Shown here one piece after another: positions 24,617 to 39,027 of a DNA stretch of 60,000 nt. Made by a program: the position numbers and the translations under genes. Source of the DNA: Callorhinchus milii. Lineage: Eukaryota. The DNA is taken from assembly GCF_018977255.1 (NCBI RefSeq), contig NW_024704743.1, positions 47,990,001 through 48,050,000 on the forward strand, given 5' to 3'. The first letter of the stretch is position 1. The number at the start of each line of letters is the position of its first letter. Under the pieces are notes generated by a model, which did no database searches, was not told where the DNA came from, and saw only the letters and a list, made by a program, of their open reading frames with translations.

Positions 24617-25745
24617 TCTGTCCTTGAATGGTTCAGATTGTACCATCATTCTGCCTCCACTTCATCTCCACAAATGATTTCTCCTCTATCCCCCACACCG
24701 TCTCATGTGGCATTCCTCAGGGCTCTGTCCTTGGTCCCCTCTTCTTCAATATCTATATGCTCCCTCTTGGTGACATCATCTGCAGACATGGGGTCAACTT
24801 CCACATATATGTGGATGACTCCCAATTCTAACTCTCTGCCTCCACCCTTGACTCAAGGACTACTGTTGTCCTGACATAATGTCTGTCAGACCTCAAGTCC
24901 TGGATGAGAGCTAACTTTCTATAGTTGAACATCAACAAGACCGAGGACCTCCTGATTGTCTCCTGTCAGTGTCTCCTCACCTCAGGCGCTGACAGCGTCA
25001 CCATCCATGGTTGCACACTCCACCTTACTAAACCAGTCCGGAACCTTGGTGTCTTGTTTGATCCCCAACTATCCTTTCTACCCCACATCTGCTCTGCCTT
25101 CCCCCACCTCCGCAACATAGCCCCACTCTGCCAATGTCTCACACCACAGGTCACCAAAACCCTCACACACATTGATAACATCTATGCAAACCTTGTTGGC
25201 CAAAGGCTTGGTGGCCTCCCCAACTCCTCCCTCCGTAGGCTGTAGATCATCCAGAACTCTGAAGCTCGTGTCCTCTCCCGCACCAGGCTTCGTCATCATA
25301 TCACCCCCAACTTCACCCGACTCCACTGGCTTCCCATCACACAGAGGATACAGTTCAAGATCCTGGTCCTCAACTTCAAGTCCCTCGATATTCTTACTTC
25401 CCCCTACCACTGCAACCTCCTAAACAACTATCATCCTGTCCACTCCCTCCACTCAGCTAGCTTCACGTCCCCTGCCTCACCCACCCCATCATTGGCGGGC
25501 GGGCCTTCTGCCATTCTGCCTCCACCCTCTGGAACTCCATTCCGCAGTCCCTCCGCCTCACCCCTTCCCTTCAAGACCCATCTCAAGACTCTCCTCTTCA
25601 ACCATGTTTTCGATCATCCTGGTTTCTCCCAATGCCCTTCACCCTCCTCATTCCCGACCCCTAGCTCAGGTCCGAAACATCCAGTGCCTTTGAATGTCCT
25701 CCCAATGTGAAAGGCACTATACAAATATAATTTTCTTGTTGTTGT
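24617..25745 (+). mobile_element. Second 5'-truncated L2 LINE, head-to-tail with the first
   Basis: [34 protein letters not shown]; has its own 3' tail ending (TTG)n. Confidence 0.9.
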
Positions 25746-25924
25746 GACAGTTTTGGTAGTCCGGTTCCTGAGCCAGAGGTTTCTGTAGTATTCCAGCACA
25801 GCCAGCCTGGCTCATTGGAAGGACTCGTAAGGGCAGACCAGTCACTTTGGGCAGGGAATCCTCCCACTCATCTGTTAGATAGGTAGTGGGGTAGATACCC
25901 TGCACTCCCTACTGGCCATGGTGG

Positions 25925-28380
25925 GGTGGGTTGGAGTGGGCGGGGTTACGTGAAGCAGGCAGGTGCCTGCTGAACAGAGGGAGTGACTGGGTTTGTAGGG
26001 CTTGAAGATGTCATAGAGGTAAGACCATGGAGGGATTTAAAGGTTCGGATGAGGATCTCAAACTCCAATCTGGGGGTGGGTAGGAAGCCAATAAAGCTGG
26101 ATAAGCATGGAAGTGATAGGCTTGTGGAGCCTAATGCAGGAAAAGGACACAAGCTGCAGAGTTTTGGATAGTCTGCAGTTTGTGATGGGAAAGAGGTGTG
26201 TAGTCCGGCGATCAGAGAGTTGGCATAATCTGGATGGGATGATATAGAATCTTTGGCTCTTCATGATTCTTAGGAGCATCTGATATTGCCCTTACACATA
26301 TATATTTACATTATCACAACCGCAAATACAATACAATTTAGCAGCATGTAGTGCATTTCACGTTGAGAAATGTGCTTACCAATCTCAAAGTGCTTGTCAT
26401 TGATAGATATCTACCCCAGCTCAGGGTGGAAGCCAAGTGGGATGGGAAAAGGAAAGACGACCAAAGGAGTTATCAAAGAGGTATGTTTTGAGACGTGGCT
26501 TGAATGTAGATATCATAGACTTCAAGAGAGAAGATAAGGTACAAAATAATTTAATGTGGATTTGTTCCTTAATAAACAGCCTTTGAGGTGCAGTTTAGTT
26601 ACTATTATTGTACACCAATTGTACAGTTCAAATGGAGGATTGTATCTCAGAAATTAACCATATAATCATTTCCTGCACCACCATGTGGGGCTGGGCAAAG
26701 GATAGGGTCAGTGAATTCCGCACATATGCTAGTGTGGCCTGCTCATGCATGTGTGACAGTGAAGGAAAAGGAGCAAAGGCTGTACTGTACAACAACAACA
26801 ACTACTACTTGTATTATATAGCATCCTTGCATTATATAATAATAATAATAATCCTTGTATTTGATATAGCGCTTTTCATGTCTCCTAGACGTCCTAAAGC
26901 GCTTCACAGAATATACTGTAAAGTGAATTGACTGAATATTTGTGGGCGAACGTGGCAGCCAATTGCGCACAGCAATGTCCCACAAACAGTCGTAGAATGA
27001 AAATGACCAATTTATTATTGTTTATAGCATCATGTGGGGGAGAATCCTGGAGCATTTAACAGAGGCAGAGTCTGAGCTCAAGCCAGTGGGAGAGAGAGGA
27101 GGGAAGGTTCCGTAAGCATGATCAAAAAAGAAGGTCTTTAAGTAAGATTTGAAAGTGGGGAGAGAGGAAGCAAAGTGGAGGAATTGAGGAAGAAAGTTCC
27201 AGAGTTTTGAGGTGTAGTGGCTGAAGGCATGGTCACCAATGGTGGAGCTGAGGGGACGAACAGGAGGCCAGAGCCAGCTGGGTGGAAGCAGCGGGTGGGG
27301 GAGTGGAAGGTAAGCAAATCGAATAGGTCAGGAGGTGCAAGGGCATGAAGGGATTTGAAAACGAGTGAAAGGATCTTGAAATCGATCCGTTTAGTAATTG
27401 CGAGTCAGTGGAGTCAGTAGCAAGGATGGGGTACGAAGTTTTCTGCGGATGAGAATCTGGGCAGCGGAGTTCTGAATTAGTTGTATTTTGTGTATTGTGG
27501 AGCTTGGGAGACCAGAGAGGAGGGCATTGGTATAGTCCAGCTGGGAACTGATGAAGGTGTGGACAGTGGATTGTCCTGTCCATTGGGAGATTGAATCTCA
27601 TTCAGGTTGATTCTGATGGTCACTTGGGAGTTTATCAGTGATGCCTGAACAGCTGAGTACCCCAGGAGCAAAAACAAATTCTCGACTGTTTCCTGCAGAC
27701 AAACATTACTGGCTGCCCCTCTCCTCTTCTTCACTCAGGGCCTCCGCTCTTCACTTGTGGTCTCTGCTCTTCCTCACTTGAAACATCTTTTATTTTTCCC
27801 CCCCTGATCTTTGTTACTGTATATGTCAGTCACTTTTCTTGGAAGTATGTTGTAGCATTTCCCACAAAATATATTCAGAACTATTTTGTACATGAACCCA
27901 ATAGATTCAAACTTTCTTTTTATAGCAATTGTAGTATTGGTGACTAATTAACTGATGGAACTGACTATGAAGATGCTATAGATGCAAACAATCTAGGACA
28001 ACAATAACCACAACAACTTGCATTTATATAGCACTCTTCAAGCGAGTAGTGTCTTAAAGCACTAAACTATGGTGTGGTTTGATGCGAAGTTGGAAAGAGA
28101 TGGGAGGTGATCGAAGGCATAGTTGAAGGGAAATGTCTTCAGGTGTAATTTGAAATCAGGCAAAGAGGAGGCAAGATGGATGGATTGAAGCTGGGAATTC
28201 TAAGGATTCAAGGCTTAGTGGCTGGAAACATGCCCGACAATGGTGGAGTTGAGGGAATGAGAGACATGCAGAAGGCCCGACCAGTTGAGATAGGTGGTGG
28301 GTAGTGAATTGTTCAGAGGGTTAGGGAGATGCCAGAGAGTGAAGTGATTTGAAAGTGAGAGTGAGGATCTTGAGTGAGGA
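25925..28380 (-). mobile_element. Cluster of degraded minus-strand L2 fragments with a truncated SINE (~26835-27022)
   Basis: Reverse-complement L2 3' motifs (GAGGATCTTGAA, CAACAACTTGCATTTATATAGC) and SINE tail AATCCTTGTATTTGATATAGCGC. Confidence 0.7.
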
Positions 28381-29719
28381 CAGTACTACAGGAACAATGC
28401 ATAGATGTCAGCAGGCACTGGTACATATCAAAGGTTTGCCTCTCCAATGTTGTAAGTTATGATTTATTTTTACCCAGCTTCACCAGTGTTTCAGCTGTTG
28501 AGAAAACCACAATGTAAATAATGCTTTGCGTCAGAAAAAAGCAACTCGGGACAAAAAATGTACCTTCTGCAGGGAACCCTATGTGCATACTCCAAATTGT
28601 GAGAACTTTGCTCTGACCTAATTCTGCACTTTGATAAGTAATTTTGCAAAAGAGAGTGCAGAGATTTATTCCATATGGGATTTTATGGATAAACATGTAT
28701 GCCTTGTGTCATTTGGCACACTCTCAACATACTGCTGTTATTTTGGCAACAGAGGACAAGGCAGGAGGGAATGAATGGCCGCACAATCTGCTGATAGTTA
28801 AAGAGAGACCCCCACCCCATGATGAACCATTATAATTTCCTTCAAAACACATTTGATTTATTTTAATATTTGCCGTTTGGGCACAGGGTCCTCAGATTGT
28901 TATAATTTGAATTTTGCTGATTACAAATGGAAAAGGTACAAGTAGATTTATGATTGTATTCTCCAAGGTGATGCGATACATATTGTATTAAGCTGATATC
29001 CACCCGTCACGAAAGCTATTTTAGACTGCTATTGTGGATTTGATAATGTACCATGAATTCAATCTTTCATATATGTTTTCTGTCCTTTAACAGGGACATG
29101 CTAATTTTGTAAGATATCACCACACATTGTACAACTAAAATACATTTAGTTCTTTCATAACATCTACACATTATTACGCATTGTTTACATTAGGAGTGAA
29201 TTAACAGGATTCAATTCATTGCTCGCCAAAAATAGTGTTTTCATTATGTTTTTATAATGGGAAATCCCATTATGGAGGCATTCGAGAAAAAGATTTATAG
29301 ATTTAGCAAAAGCATAATGCTACCACTATAACCATATATAGCTACTGGCCTGTTTCTTTGCAATTCTATGTAACTATATTAAGAAAGTATAGGAAAAGTT
29401 CAGGATAGTACTTTTACATCACAGAGACAAAACAAGCATTTTTTGTAGTGCCTTATGCAGCAGGCACTTAAACTGTTTTACAATGATTGTTATCATGTGT
29501 AGTGATTATATTGGTAGGCAAACACAGCAACCACTTTGCACGTAGTAAGGTCCAACAAATGGTCCAGAGGTTTAGGCTAAACTCAGTCATAGAATAACTG
29601 GGGAACCTTCTTTTTCACTCTTAAATATTTAAAATTTTATTCTGTACATTTTGAAACATGAAATCAGAAATTAAAAGCTGATCCATGTATTGTAAACACT
29701 GGTACGTATATTACCAGTG

Positions 29720-31591
29720 ACATCTCCACTCTCTTTGCTTCCCTCTGCCACTGCTCCGACCGCCTCATCATCCTAGGCGACTTCAACCTCCACCCCACCC
29801 CTCCTGCTCCATCTCCTCAGACTTCTTCTCTCTCCTCTCCTCTCTCAACTTCTGCTACTGCCCTCCCAAATTCCAGCCCCTCCTTACTCCCACCCCACAC
29901 AAGTATCCATCCGACAAATACCCATCCCTCCTTCCACACCTTTGCACCTATCACCCCCTCCTCTGTCTTCAACACAGTAACCTCCATGTGGTGCACCACC
30001 TGCTCACTCGACCCTATCCCCGCCCCTCTCCTTAAATCCCAGCTCCATCTCCTTGCCCCAATATTCGCCGACATCATTAACCTCTCCATGTCATCTGGCA
30101 CTGTTCCTTTCCCCCCTCAAAACAGCCACTATCACCCCCACCTTGAAAAAAACCTTCCCTCGACCCATCACAGCTGTCTAACTACCGGCCCATTTCAAAT
30201 CTCTCTTTCCTATCCAAGGTCCTTGAGAGAGCAGTTGCCTCCCAGCTTCGCTCTTTCCTCTCCTCTCACTCCCTCCATGAACCCCTCCAATTGGGTTTCT
30301 GTGCTGGCCATGTGTGACCAGGGCTCCCTCTGCCTCCTCGTACTCCTCGACCTCTCCACCGCCTTTGACACCGTAGTCCACTCAATCCTTATCCACCGCC
30401 TCTCCTCCCACCTCAAATTTCAAGGTTCTGTCCTTGACTGGTTCAGGCCCTACCTTTAACACTGTCTCCACTTCGTTGCGGCAAACAGTTTCTCTTCCAG
30501 TCCCTGCACTCTCGTGCAGTGTTCCTCAGGGCTCTGTCCTCTGTCCCCTCCTCTTCACCCTCTGCTTGCTACCCTTGTTAATGTCATCCGCAGACATGGG
30601 GCAAATTTCCACATGTATGCGGATGACACCCAATTCTACCTCTCTGCCTCCGCCCTGAACTCCAGGACTACTGAGGTCCTGACCGACTGCCTGTCCGACA
30701 TCAAGTCCTAGACGAGGGCCAACTTTCTCCAACTCAGTCAGCAAAACTGAGGCCCTCCTGTTTGGCTCACTCCAGCGCCTCCACACTTCAGGCGCTGGCA
30801 GCATCAGCCTCCATGGCTGCACACTCAACCTCACTAAGCCAGTCAGGAATCTGGGTATCTTGTTTGACCCTGAACTATCCTTTCTCCCCCACATCCTCGC
30901 CATGACCGGCACTGCTTATCACCACGTCCGCAACATTGCCAGACTCCGCCACTGCCTCACTCCTCAGTCTGCCGAATCCCTCACCCACACATTCGTCACA
31001 TCAAGGCTCGATTACAGGAATTCCCTCCTCATCGGCCTTCCGAACTTTTCCCTTCACAAGCTGCAGATCATCCAAAACTCTACAGCTCATGTACTTTCAC
31101 TCACCAGGCTCTGCGACCAATCACTCCCATCCTCGCCCGATTCCACTGGCTCCCCATCCCCCAGAGGATCGAGTTCAAGATCCTTGTCCTCACCTTTATG
31201 GCCATCCATGGCCTTGTCCCCTCCTACCTCTCTGACCTGCTGACTTCCTACCAACCTGCCCGCTCCCTCCGCTCATCAGGCTTCAGCCTGCTCCATGTCT
31301 CCCGCCCGATCCACCCTAGCATCGGTGGCCGGGCTTTCAGCCTTTCAGCCTCCCCACACTCTGGAACTCCATCCCACAAACCCGTCGCCTCTCTTCCTCC
31401 CTTGCATCCTTCAAGGCCGGTCTCAAGACCCTTCTCTTCAACCGTTCCTTCGGTCTCCCTCCCACCTCTCTGCCTTCCCTCACCCCTACACCACCCCTCC
31501 CCCATGCTCGGGCCCAGACATCTGACTGTTCAACGCTTTGGGACGTCCTCCCGAGAAGAAAGGCACTCTACAAATGTAATTTTGTTGTTGT
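29720..31591 (+). mobile_element. L2-clade LINE, internally deleted (endonuclease remnant, RT and tail)
   Basis: ATCATCCTAGGCGACTTCAAC (IILGDFN), [37 protein letters not shown], plus the 3' tail. Confidence 0.93.
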
Positions 31592-31927
31592 TGGATTTCC
31601 GGTGAATTAAGATTATAAACATCTCAGAGAATATCATTTTAAGAAGTATTGCTTGCAAAGATATACTACTTGAAGGTAATTTTTTAGTATGGTTGCCTCT
31701 TCTATTCCTGAATTGCAGTAAATGTATGTTTGTAAAAGTTATACTCTTGGGAATAAGCATGTACACCTTGTTATAGTAGAAATAGTGTAATAAGGCGAAT
31801 TGTGCTGTGAAGTTTCTGACACTGGTTCATGGTGGAAGGTGCTGATAAAAATACGAAGCATGTGGCTGAAATCGTTGGGTTTCTATTCTGGAAGCTGAAA
31901 ATCTTTGATATACATATTTGCATTGAG

Positions 31928-33415
31928 ATTACAATAATAATCCTTGCATTTGATGTAGTGCCTTATCACGTTGAGACTTCTTCAAGTGCTTCACGGGATA
32001 TCCTGTAAAGTGGATTGACAATGTATTTTGTGGGTGAAATTGCAGCAACCAGTTTGCACACAGCAGTGTCCGAACAACAGCCATGGAGTGAGCGACCAAT
32101 TTTATGAGAGGATTGTTGGCCAGGATACTAGAGAAACTCCCATTTGTAGGAAACATGCATTTTTATAGCACCCTATTACTTCAAACAACAACAACAACAA
32201 GATTCCATTTATAGAGCGCCTTTCACGTCAGGAGGACGTCCCAAGGCGCTGTACAGTTGGGTCAGGACCCGAGCAGGGGGGAAATGGTCAGGGTGAGGGG
32301 AGGGAAGGGAAGACAAAATGTCTCAAAGCAATTTGCAAGTGTAGTGATTGGTTCGTTGGCAAACATAGTAACCATTTATGCACATGAGTCCTTCAAACAG
32401 CCATGAAATGATTGGCCAATATTGATCTGAAGGATTGTTCAGGAAACTGTGAGAAATTCTTTTCTCTTCAGAATTATCATGGGATCTTTGAGGTCCACCT
32501 GAAGAATAGATCTCAAGTTTAACATCTGATTCAAAGGATGGTACTTCTGCCAATTGAGCAGTCCCTGACCAGAGTGTCAGCCTAAATGGTGAGTGCAAAT
32601 TCTGATGTGGGAGTTGAACTCACACACGTTTAACCCAAAGACAAGAATGTCATCAATTGAGCTAACCTGACATCTTGCACGCATCTCCACTAATCTCAGT
32701 GCTTGTATAATACTAACTTCTAATGTTATATAGAAGTAACAGTACATTCACATTTGAAATATTGAAATACCCCTCCCTGCATTTTATAGTACCTTAGGAA
32801 AATAGGAAAAGGGGACCAGAAAGAAGTCATTCTGCCGATCAAGCCCATTGCACCAGTTTATTAGGTTTTGTCAGATTTTTAAAATCCCAATGCCATGCCA
32901 TTTTGCCATTGATTTTAATATCTCTACTATGCAAATAATAATAATAATCATTGTATTTAATAGAGCGCCCTTCATGTCTGGAGGACGTCTCAGAGCTTCA
33001 TATGTTTTTAATGTAAAGTGTAGTGACTGTGTATTTTTTATGCAAATACGGCAGCAAATTTGCCTACTGCAATATCCCACAAACAGCCACCCACAACAGA
33101 ATGATCAATTTTATCTGGGGAATTGTTGGCCAGGACACCACTAGAAGCTCCCTTCACTTTTTGAATAGTGCCATATGATCTTTAACATCCATCTAAACAG
33201 GCAGTCGGGAAATACTAACCCCACTTAGTGCTTCCCAGGATCTTGTCTTCAAGTCTCATCCAAAGGATAATACCTCAGAAAATGCAAAGCTCCCCAGCAC
33301 TGTATTGGGGCAACACCCTAGACCATGCACTCAAAATCCAGATATGGGCCTTTTACCCTTAAACGTCTGACCGACTACTGAGATGAACTTCTACCAACTG
33401 AGCCAGACTGACACA
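31928..33415 (-). mobile_element. Cluster of minus-strand SINEs (31928-32140, 32320-32670, 32935-33415) and a young L2 tail (32186-32312)
   Basis: Repeated SINE tails and Deu-like ATGGGATCTTT...TTTAACATCT segments; the L2 tail closely matches 24490-24615. Confidence 0.75.
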
Positions 33416-33439
33416 CGGAGTATCTGCGTATCTCTCATT

Positions 33440-35230
33440 TACACATTCCTATTAATTCTACCATTACAAGTTTCTCGCTCTGTGTGAAGAAATGCTTACT
33501 GACCTAATTTCTAACTGTTAGTTGTGATTTAACGCTATTCTCCTTGTAATGGATCCCTCTACCAGAAGGAAGAATCATCCTCTCTCCACTATCTAACTTA
33601 TCAGAGCTCTTCTAATAAAGGTCAGCATCTCATTTGCTGTGTTGAATGCTTTCTGGACCTGTAAACTAAACTTTAAGGATTTATGGACTTGAACCCCAAT
33701 ACCTCTCTGCTCATCAACCCCATTTAGTGCTTCCCTATTTAGAACATATTCTGAACCCCTATTTTTCCATCTGAAGTGTACAACCTCACACTTTGCAATT
33801 TTAAACTCCATCTTCAATATTCTGCCCGATCATCTAACCTGTCTCTTTGCATTTTTGCCTGCCTTCATCGCCTCTATTCTTGTATCTAGGTCATTGATAT
33901 ATAAGGTGATATTTAGGATCTATTAGACCTGTAAGACTTTATTTACCATTCATAAGCCCATGTTGATGCACCATGATCTGTGCACATTAATCTAGATGCT
34001 CAGTTATGCTGTCCCTGATGATAGATTCCAGTAATTTGCCCACCATTGATTTATATTCATATTCTTTTCTCTTTTTCTTATAATAATGTTACAATTACCT
34101 GTTCTCCAATCCTCTGGTACTATTCCCAAGTCCATTGAACTTTGGAAAATAATAATTAAAGTCTCTATAATTGCTTCTCGTACTTCGTTAAGTACCCTGA
34201 GGTGAAAACAATCTGACTTAAACATATCATTAACTTATATGTTAATTTTTTTGTTTATAATTAGGCCTCTAAGTTTCTCCCCATCCAGAAACTCTAGACT
34301 TCCCTGAACCTCTGGTATCTCTGAACCTCTCCAACCTACTATCCCCCTACCACCTCTCCGACCTACTATCCCCCTACCTACCTGCCCGTACCCTCCGTTC
34401 CTCTGGCTCCGGTCTGCTCCACATCCCCCGCCCCAACCGCCCTACCATCGGTGGCCGGGCCTTCAGCCTCTCAGCCCCGAGGCTCTGGAACTCTATCCCC
34501 CAATGCCTTCGCCTTGCTTCCTCCCTTTCCTCCTTCAAGGCCGGTCTCAAGACCATTCTCTTTGACCGTGCCTTCAGCTCCCCTCTCAACTCTCTACCCA
34601 CTCCTTGCTCCCTCCCTTCCCTCCCCTCACCCTGACCATTTCCCCCCTGCTCGGGTCCTGACCCAACTGTACAGCGCCTTGGGACGTCCTCCCGACGTGA
34701 AAGGCGCTCAATAAATGGAATCTTGTTGTTGTTGTATCCCATCCTCCCTCTCCACTGTGAAGGCTGAAGCAAAATATTCATTCAACAATTCTGCCATTGC
34801 ATTATCATCTATGACTGTCACATCTGTATCTTCTCTCAATGGATCCATCTCCTCCTTTATTACTCCCTTTTTTAATGTATTATTAAACACTTTGATATCA
34901 TCTGCACATTTTTTTCATATTCCGTTTTAGTCTTCTGTATTATTTACTTTGTCTCCTTTTCCTGTCTTTACATTCCACCCAATCTCCAGACTTGCCGCTG
35001 TCTCTTGGTGATTCACAGTCCTATTTCTTTTGTTTAATACTGATGGTAATCAATTTATTTGTCCACGGTTGCTTCATACTAAAAGGACAACCTTTGCCTT
35101 TCAGAGGTACTATAAATACTAATTAACTCTTTGAATGGTTTCCACTATTTGTCAGTTGATTTACCAATAATTCCTACTCCTTATTCTGGCTAATTTCCTC
35201 TTCATCTCCTCATAGTTGCCCTTGACCTTA
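33440..35230 (-). mobile_element. Degraded CR1-clade LINE fragments
   Basis: MEFKIAKCEVVHF...GIGVQVHKSLK, IFQSSMDLGIVPEDWR and AELLNEYFASAFT are CR1 ORF2-type motifs. Confidence 0.8.
34327..34734 (+). mobile_element. Young L2 3' end inserted into the CR1
   Basis: Near-identical to 24228-24610; (TTG)n tail. Confidence 0.9.
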
Positions 35231-35539
35231 TCACATTGAAACATTTCAAAGAACTTCATAGTTAATTACTGTCTGTAGTATAGTGACTTTTCTTTGCAGG
35301 TAAATTTATTAGGGAGATATTGTGGGACAGGACAAACGCCTTTCTAGTTTTGGATAATGTCATGGGATCTTTAACATTCCCCTGAACAAGACCAAAATTA
35401 ATATCTCATGAAAATTTGGTGCTGGGATGGAACCATGTATAGTATTCATTTGTTTAACCATTTTTGTAGTCTGGTCTTCCAAATTAAAGCCACCTTTAGT
35501 AGTAAATTATACAGTGGCTCTCATGGTGATGATGATGGA

Positions 35540-35957
35540 TGATAATAATCCTTGCATTTGATAGAGCACTTTGCACTTTGGGATGACTTCTTAAAGACCT
35601 CACAAGAGATCTCCTGTGAAATTCAATGTATTTGTAGGCAAACATGGTAGCTCATGTGTGCACATCAATGTCCTGCAAACAGCCATGAAAAAAATGTCCA
35701 ATTTTATTTGGGGGATTGTTGGCCAGAATACTGGTAGAAAATCCCTTCTCTTTTTGAATAGTGCCATGGTATCTTTAACATCCACATGAACGACAGATAG
35801 GATCTCGGTTTAACATCTCATCCAAAGAATGGCAGCTCCAACAGTACAACGCATACTTAGAACTGAATAGAGTGTCATGTAAACTATGCGAGTCCCAATG
35901 TGGGACTTGAACCCATGCCTTCTGATTCAGAAGCAACAGTGCTACCAGCTGAGCCGA
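35540..35957 (-). mobile_element. Full-length older Deu-type tRNA SINE
   Basis: Minus-strand head CTCGGCTCAGCTGGTAGCAC...GGGTTCAAGTCCC, a Deu-like core and an L2-type tail. Confidence 0.75.
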
Positions 35958-36751
35958 GAGGGGTCTAGATTGAGAAAACATATCATTTCAGATTTTGGTA
36001 AATTGTTAAATTCAGTCTTAACTGTAAAAGAACACAGAACAGTTATATTCTTTTAACATAACTGAGTTCAAAATTAATGCTGCATTTAAGAATTTGCAAA
36101 TTATGTATGCTCTGAATTCTATGTTAATAGAGTAAATTGAGACCTAGGTTGAAATTATCTCTTAGTTAGGTAAAGGAAATGTTTTATATGGCTGAATGAA
36201 TCCTTATGGACTGCAGCTGGGGCTGCCTCAAAGCTTTCTTGAAGAAAAGGTAATGCCAAGATGAAAGATTGATAGCAGGACCACAAGCAAGAGGCAAATG
36301 TGTTATTGCAGTACACTGTATATTTATGGATTTTCACCTTTCTTTGCTGTGGAAAATGGAAAGTAAAAGGGGTTGAAATTCTTTCAAATGAACATGGCAG
36401 CCACAAAGGGATGTGGGTGGTTATGTCAGAAATTGTTTATTTTCAAAATGTTACTGTAGGGAAATTATAATTTGTGAGTGTTGAGAGTCTCTGGAAACTG
36501 GCAAAATATAAAAATATCAGCACAGTGAGTCAGAAGCCATTTTCAGATTGAGATTGAAGGGCTTCATTAATAAATAAAATAAGGTGATATGACTGACTGG
36601 ATTATGCTGTGTGTATATACCTATCTCATTAGAAAATAGTAGAACACAATAGTTTATCTGCATGGTGCAAGAGTGTGATGAGGATCCAAAAAGGAAAAGG
36701 CAGTGTGTAGTAGTTCAGCTGGCTGTTGCAGAAAAGTTGCTCGTCCTCTGT

Positions 36752-36773
36752 AAAAAAAAAAAAAAAAAAAAAA
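36752..36773 (+). repeat. Poly(A)22 tract
   Basis: Mononucleotide run. Confidence 0.9.
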
Positions 36774-38591
36774 TCTGTTTGAGGGCATTGGTATGCTTAC
36801 CTATCTAAGGACGATGGCCTGACTGAATTGGTGCAGTAGGTCAATAGTGCCACTCTCTGCAAGATGTCCCTTCGAGGTGAGATAGACATTTGAAGATCTG
36901 AAACCAAGTGCAAAGGTAAAATCAATACAATATGATGGTTCAGAACATACCATTTTGATATAAATCCACACCACTGCCCATGTTCCAGAAATGACTTTAT
37001 TCTCAAAGTAAAACTCAGAATGCATAGGGGAACAGGTGAAGGGCAGAGCTAATCCACAAGACTCTATTCCTTAACCAGGAGGACAAGGTGGAGTTTGGGT
37101 TTGGAACGTTCATCCTAGCACCCATCACTCAGTTAATATTGAGTATATAAATGTAACTCGTCAAAGGCATGCTGTTCCTGGTCTGCATTATGAAGTTCAA
37201 TAAGGAACATATGTTTTAGTAATAAACTTTATGTGTATGCTTCAGATTTTTTCTCGTTCAGTGACCCCCAATGCTGTCCACTTCCACTGTGGGCAAAGAA
37301 AATCTAACCAACAGCTAAGCCACAACAACAAGCTTGAATAAAGTCTTTGAGATGGATATAATCACCATATTTCCTCTAAAGGTGGTCCAGGAAGAGGAGG
37401 AAAAAGGGGAGACTGAGGGAAGGATGACAGTGAAATTCTCCTCCCTAAAAAAGCTCATTGACCCTGCATAACAGTGCAACACTGTTAACGTTAAGTCCCA
37501 CAACTGCACAGCTCCATGCAGATCAATACATCTCAGAGGGTAAGATAGATGATGGAATACCGCATGGTGGAGTGCTTTACACTGCAGAGTTGAAGGAAAA
37601 AGAGGACAGGAAATTTTTATATGGAGCAAGCCATCTTTCGAGGGCAAGCATTGAGATGCAGTTCCTAGTCTGACTGGAGGTGTGAAGTGGGTGAAGCTAT
37701 TAACCACAGCATTCTTCTCTTATCCCTCCACCTTATGGACACACATCCAAGGGGTCTCTTAAACTCTGGAACTCTCTCCGTCAATTCCTCTGCCTTGCCC
37801 CCTAAAGACCTTCCTTTTTGATCGTGCTTACAGTTACCTCCCCGCTCCCTCTCCCATTGGCTCTGTGTCAGACTCCACCAACGTCAAGCGTTCCAGGGTG
37901 AAGGGTGCTTTATAAATGCAAGTTATTGTTATTGTTACTTCTCACTCTCCTTCCCTCTCACATAGGTTGCAGATGCAAGCTAATGAACACACAAAGAGAA
38001 TTCATTGGTTGGGAGCTAAGAAGAGGAAAGACATAGCACCGAATACTGATAGGGTTGTGAATATATACATATGTAAATATTTATTCACTGTACTACGATT
38101 TTTTTCATACACACTGCCTCCTTCTCAGTATCCCTCAACACATTCTTGCTCAATGCAGATAAACCATTGTGTGCTGCTGTTTTCCAGTGAGATAGGGGTA
38201 TATATATAATCCTTGCAAGAATGCAAAGATTATATATATATACAGCAGACCCGTCCAGCCAGTGATTATCACCACAACTGTTGTTGATTTCTTAATTCTC
38301 TATATTCATATTTTTTGCACAGATACATATTTTAACTTTTATGGTGGGCACCACTAACACATACATAGTTTATGCAGTATCCAAGAATCATCAAAAGTTA
38401 CTAGGTAGACTTTCTAGATTTACACTATTAACAAAGATTTTTAGAGTGTGCAGAATGTACAGTTTATGCAGCTGTTAAAAAGGATCAACTGGCAGCAAAC
38501 ATATTATGAAATTTTGACCCCCAAAGTACTTACAGACCCAGATGATCCTTTTCAAAAACTTGCTACATTACTATACCATCTTGGTTTAGGC

Positions 38592-39027
38592 ACATAGGAA
38601 CATAGAAACAGCAGTAGGCCACTCAGCCCTTCAAGCCTGTTTCGCCATTTAATTAGATCATGGCCGATCTGTACCTCAACTAATCCTTTCAATTCCAATT
38701 TCCCGCTTTCTCCCCTTATCCCTTAATATCTTTAACTACCAAAAATCTATCAACCTCACTCTTGATAGTGTGGATGGATTTTGGGGGGAGAAAATTCCAG
38801 ATTTCTACCACCCTTCGAGTGAAAAAATACTTCCTGTTTTCACTCTTAAATGGCCTGGTTCTAATTTTAAGACTATGCCCTTTTGTTTTGGATTTTCCCA
38901 CCAGAGGAAGTAGCTTCTCTGGATCTACCTTATCGAATTCCTTTATCATCTCAAATACCTCAATCAAATCATCCCTCAACTCAAATTCAATGGAATACAA
39001 TCCAAGTTTACACAACCTTTCCTTGTA
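38592..39027 (-). mobile_element. CR1-clade LINE 3' end
   Basis: YKERLCKLGLYS...DLIEVFEMIK..D...TKGHSLK...RKYFFTRRVVEIWNFLP is the CR1 ORF2 C-terminus. Confidence 0.9.
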
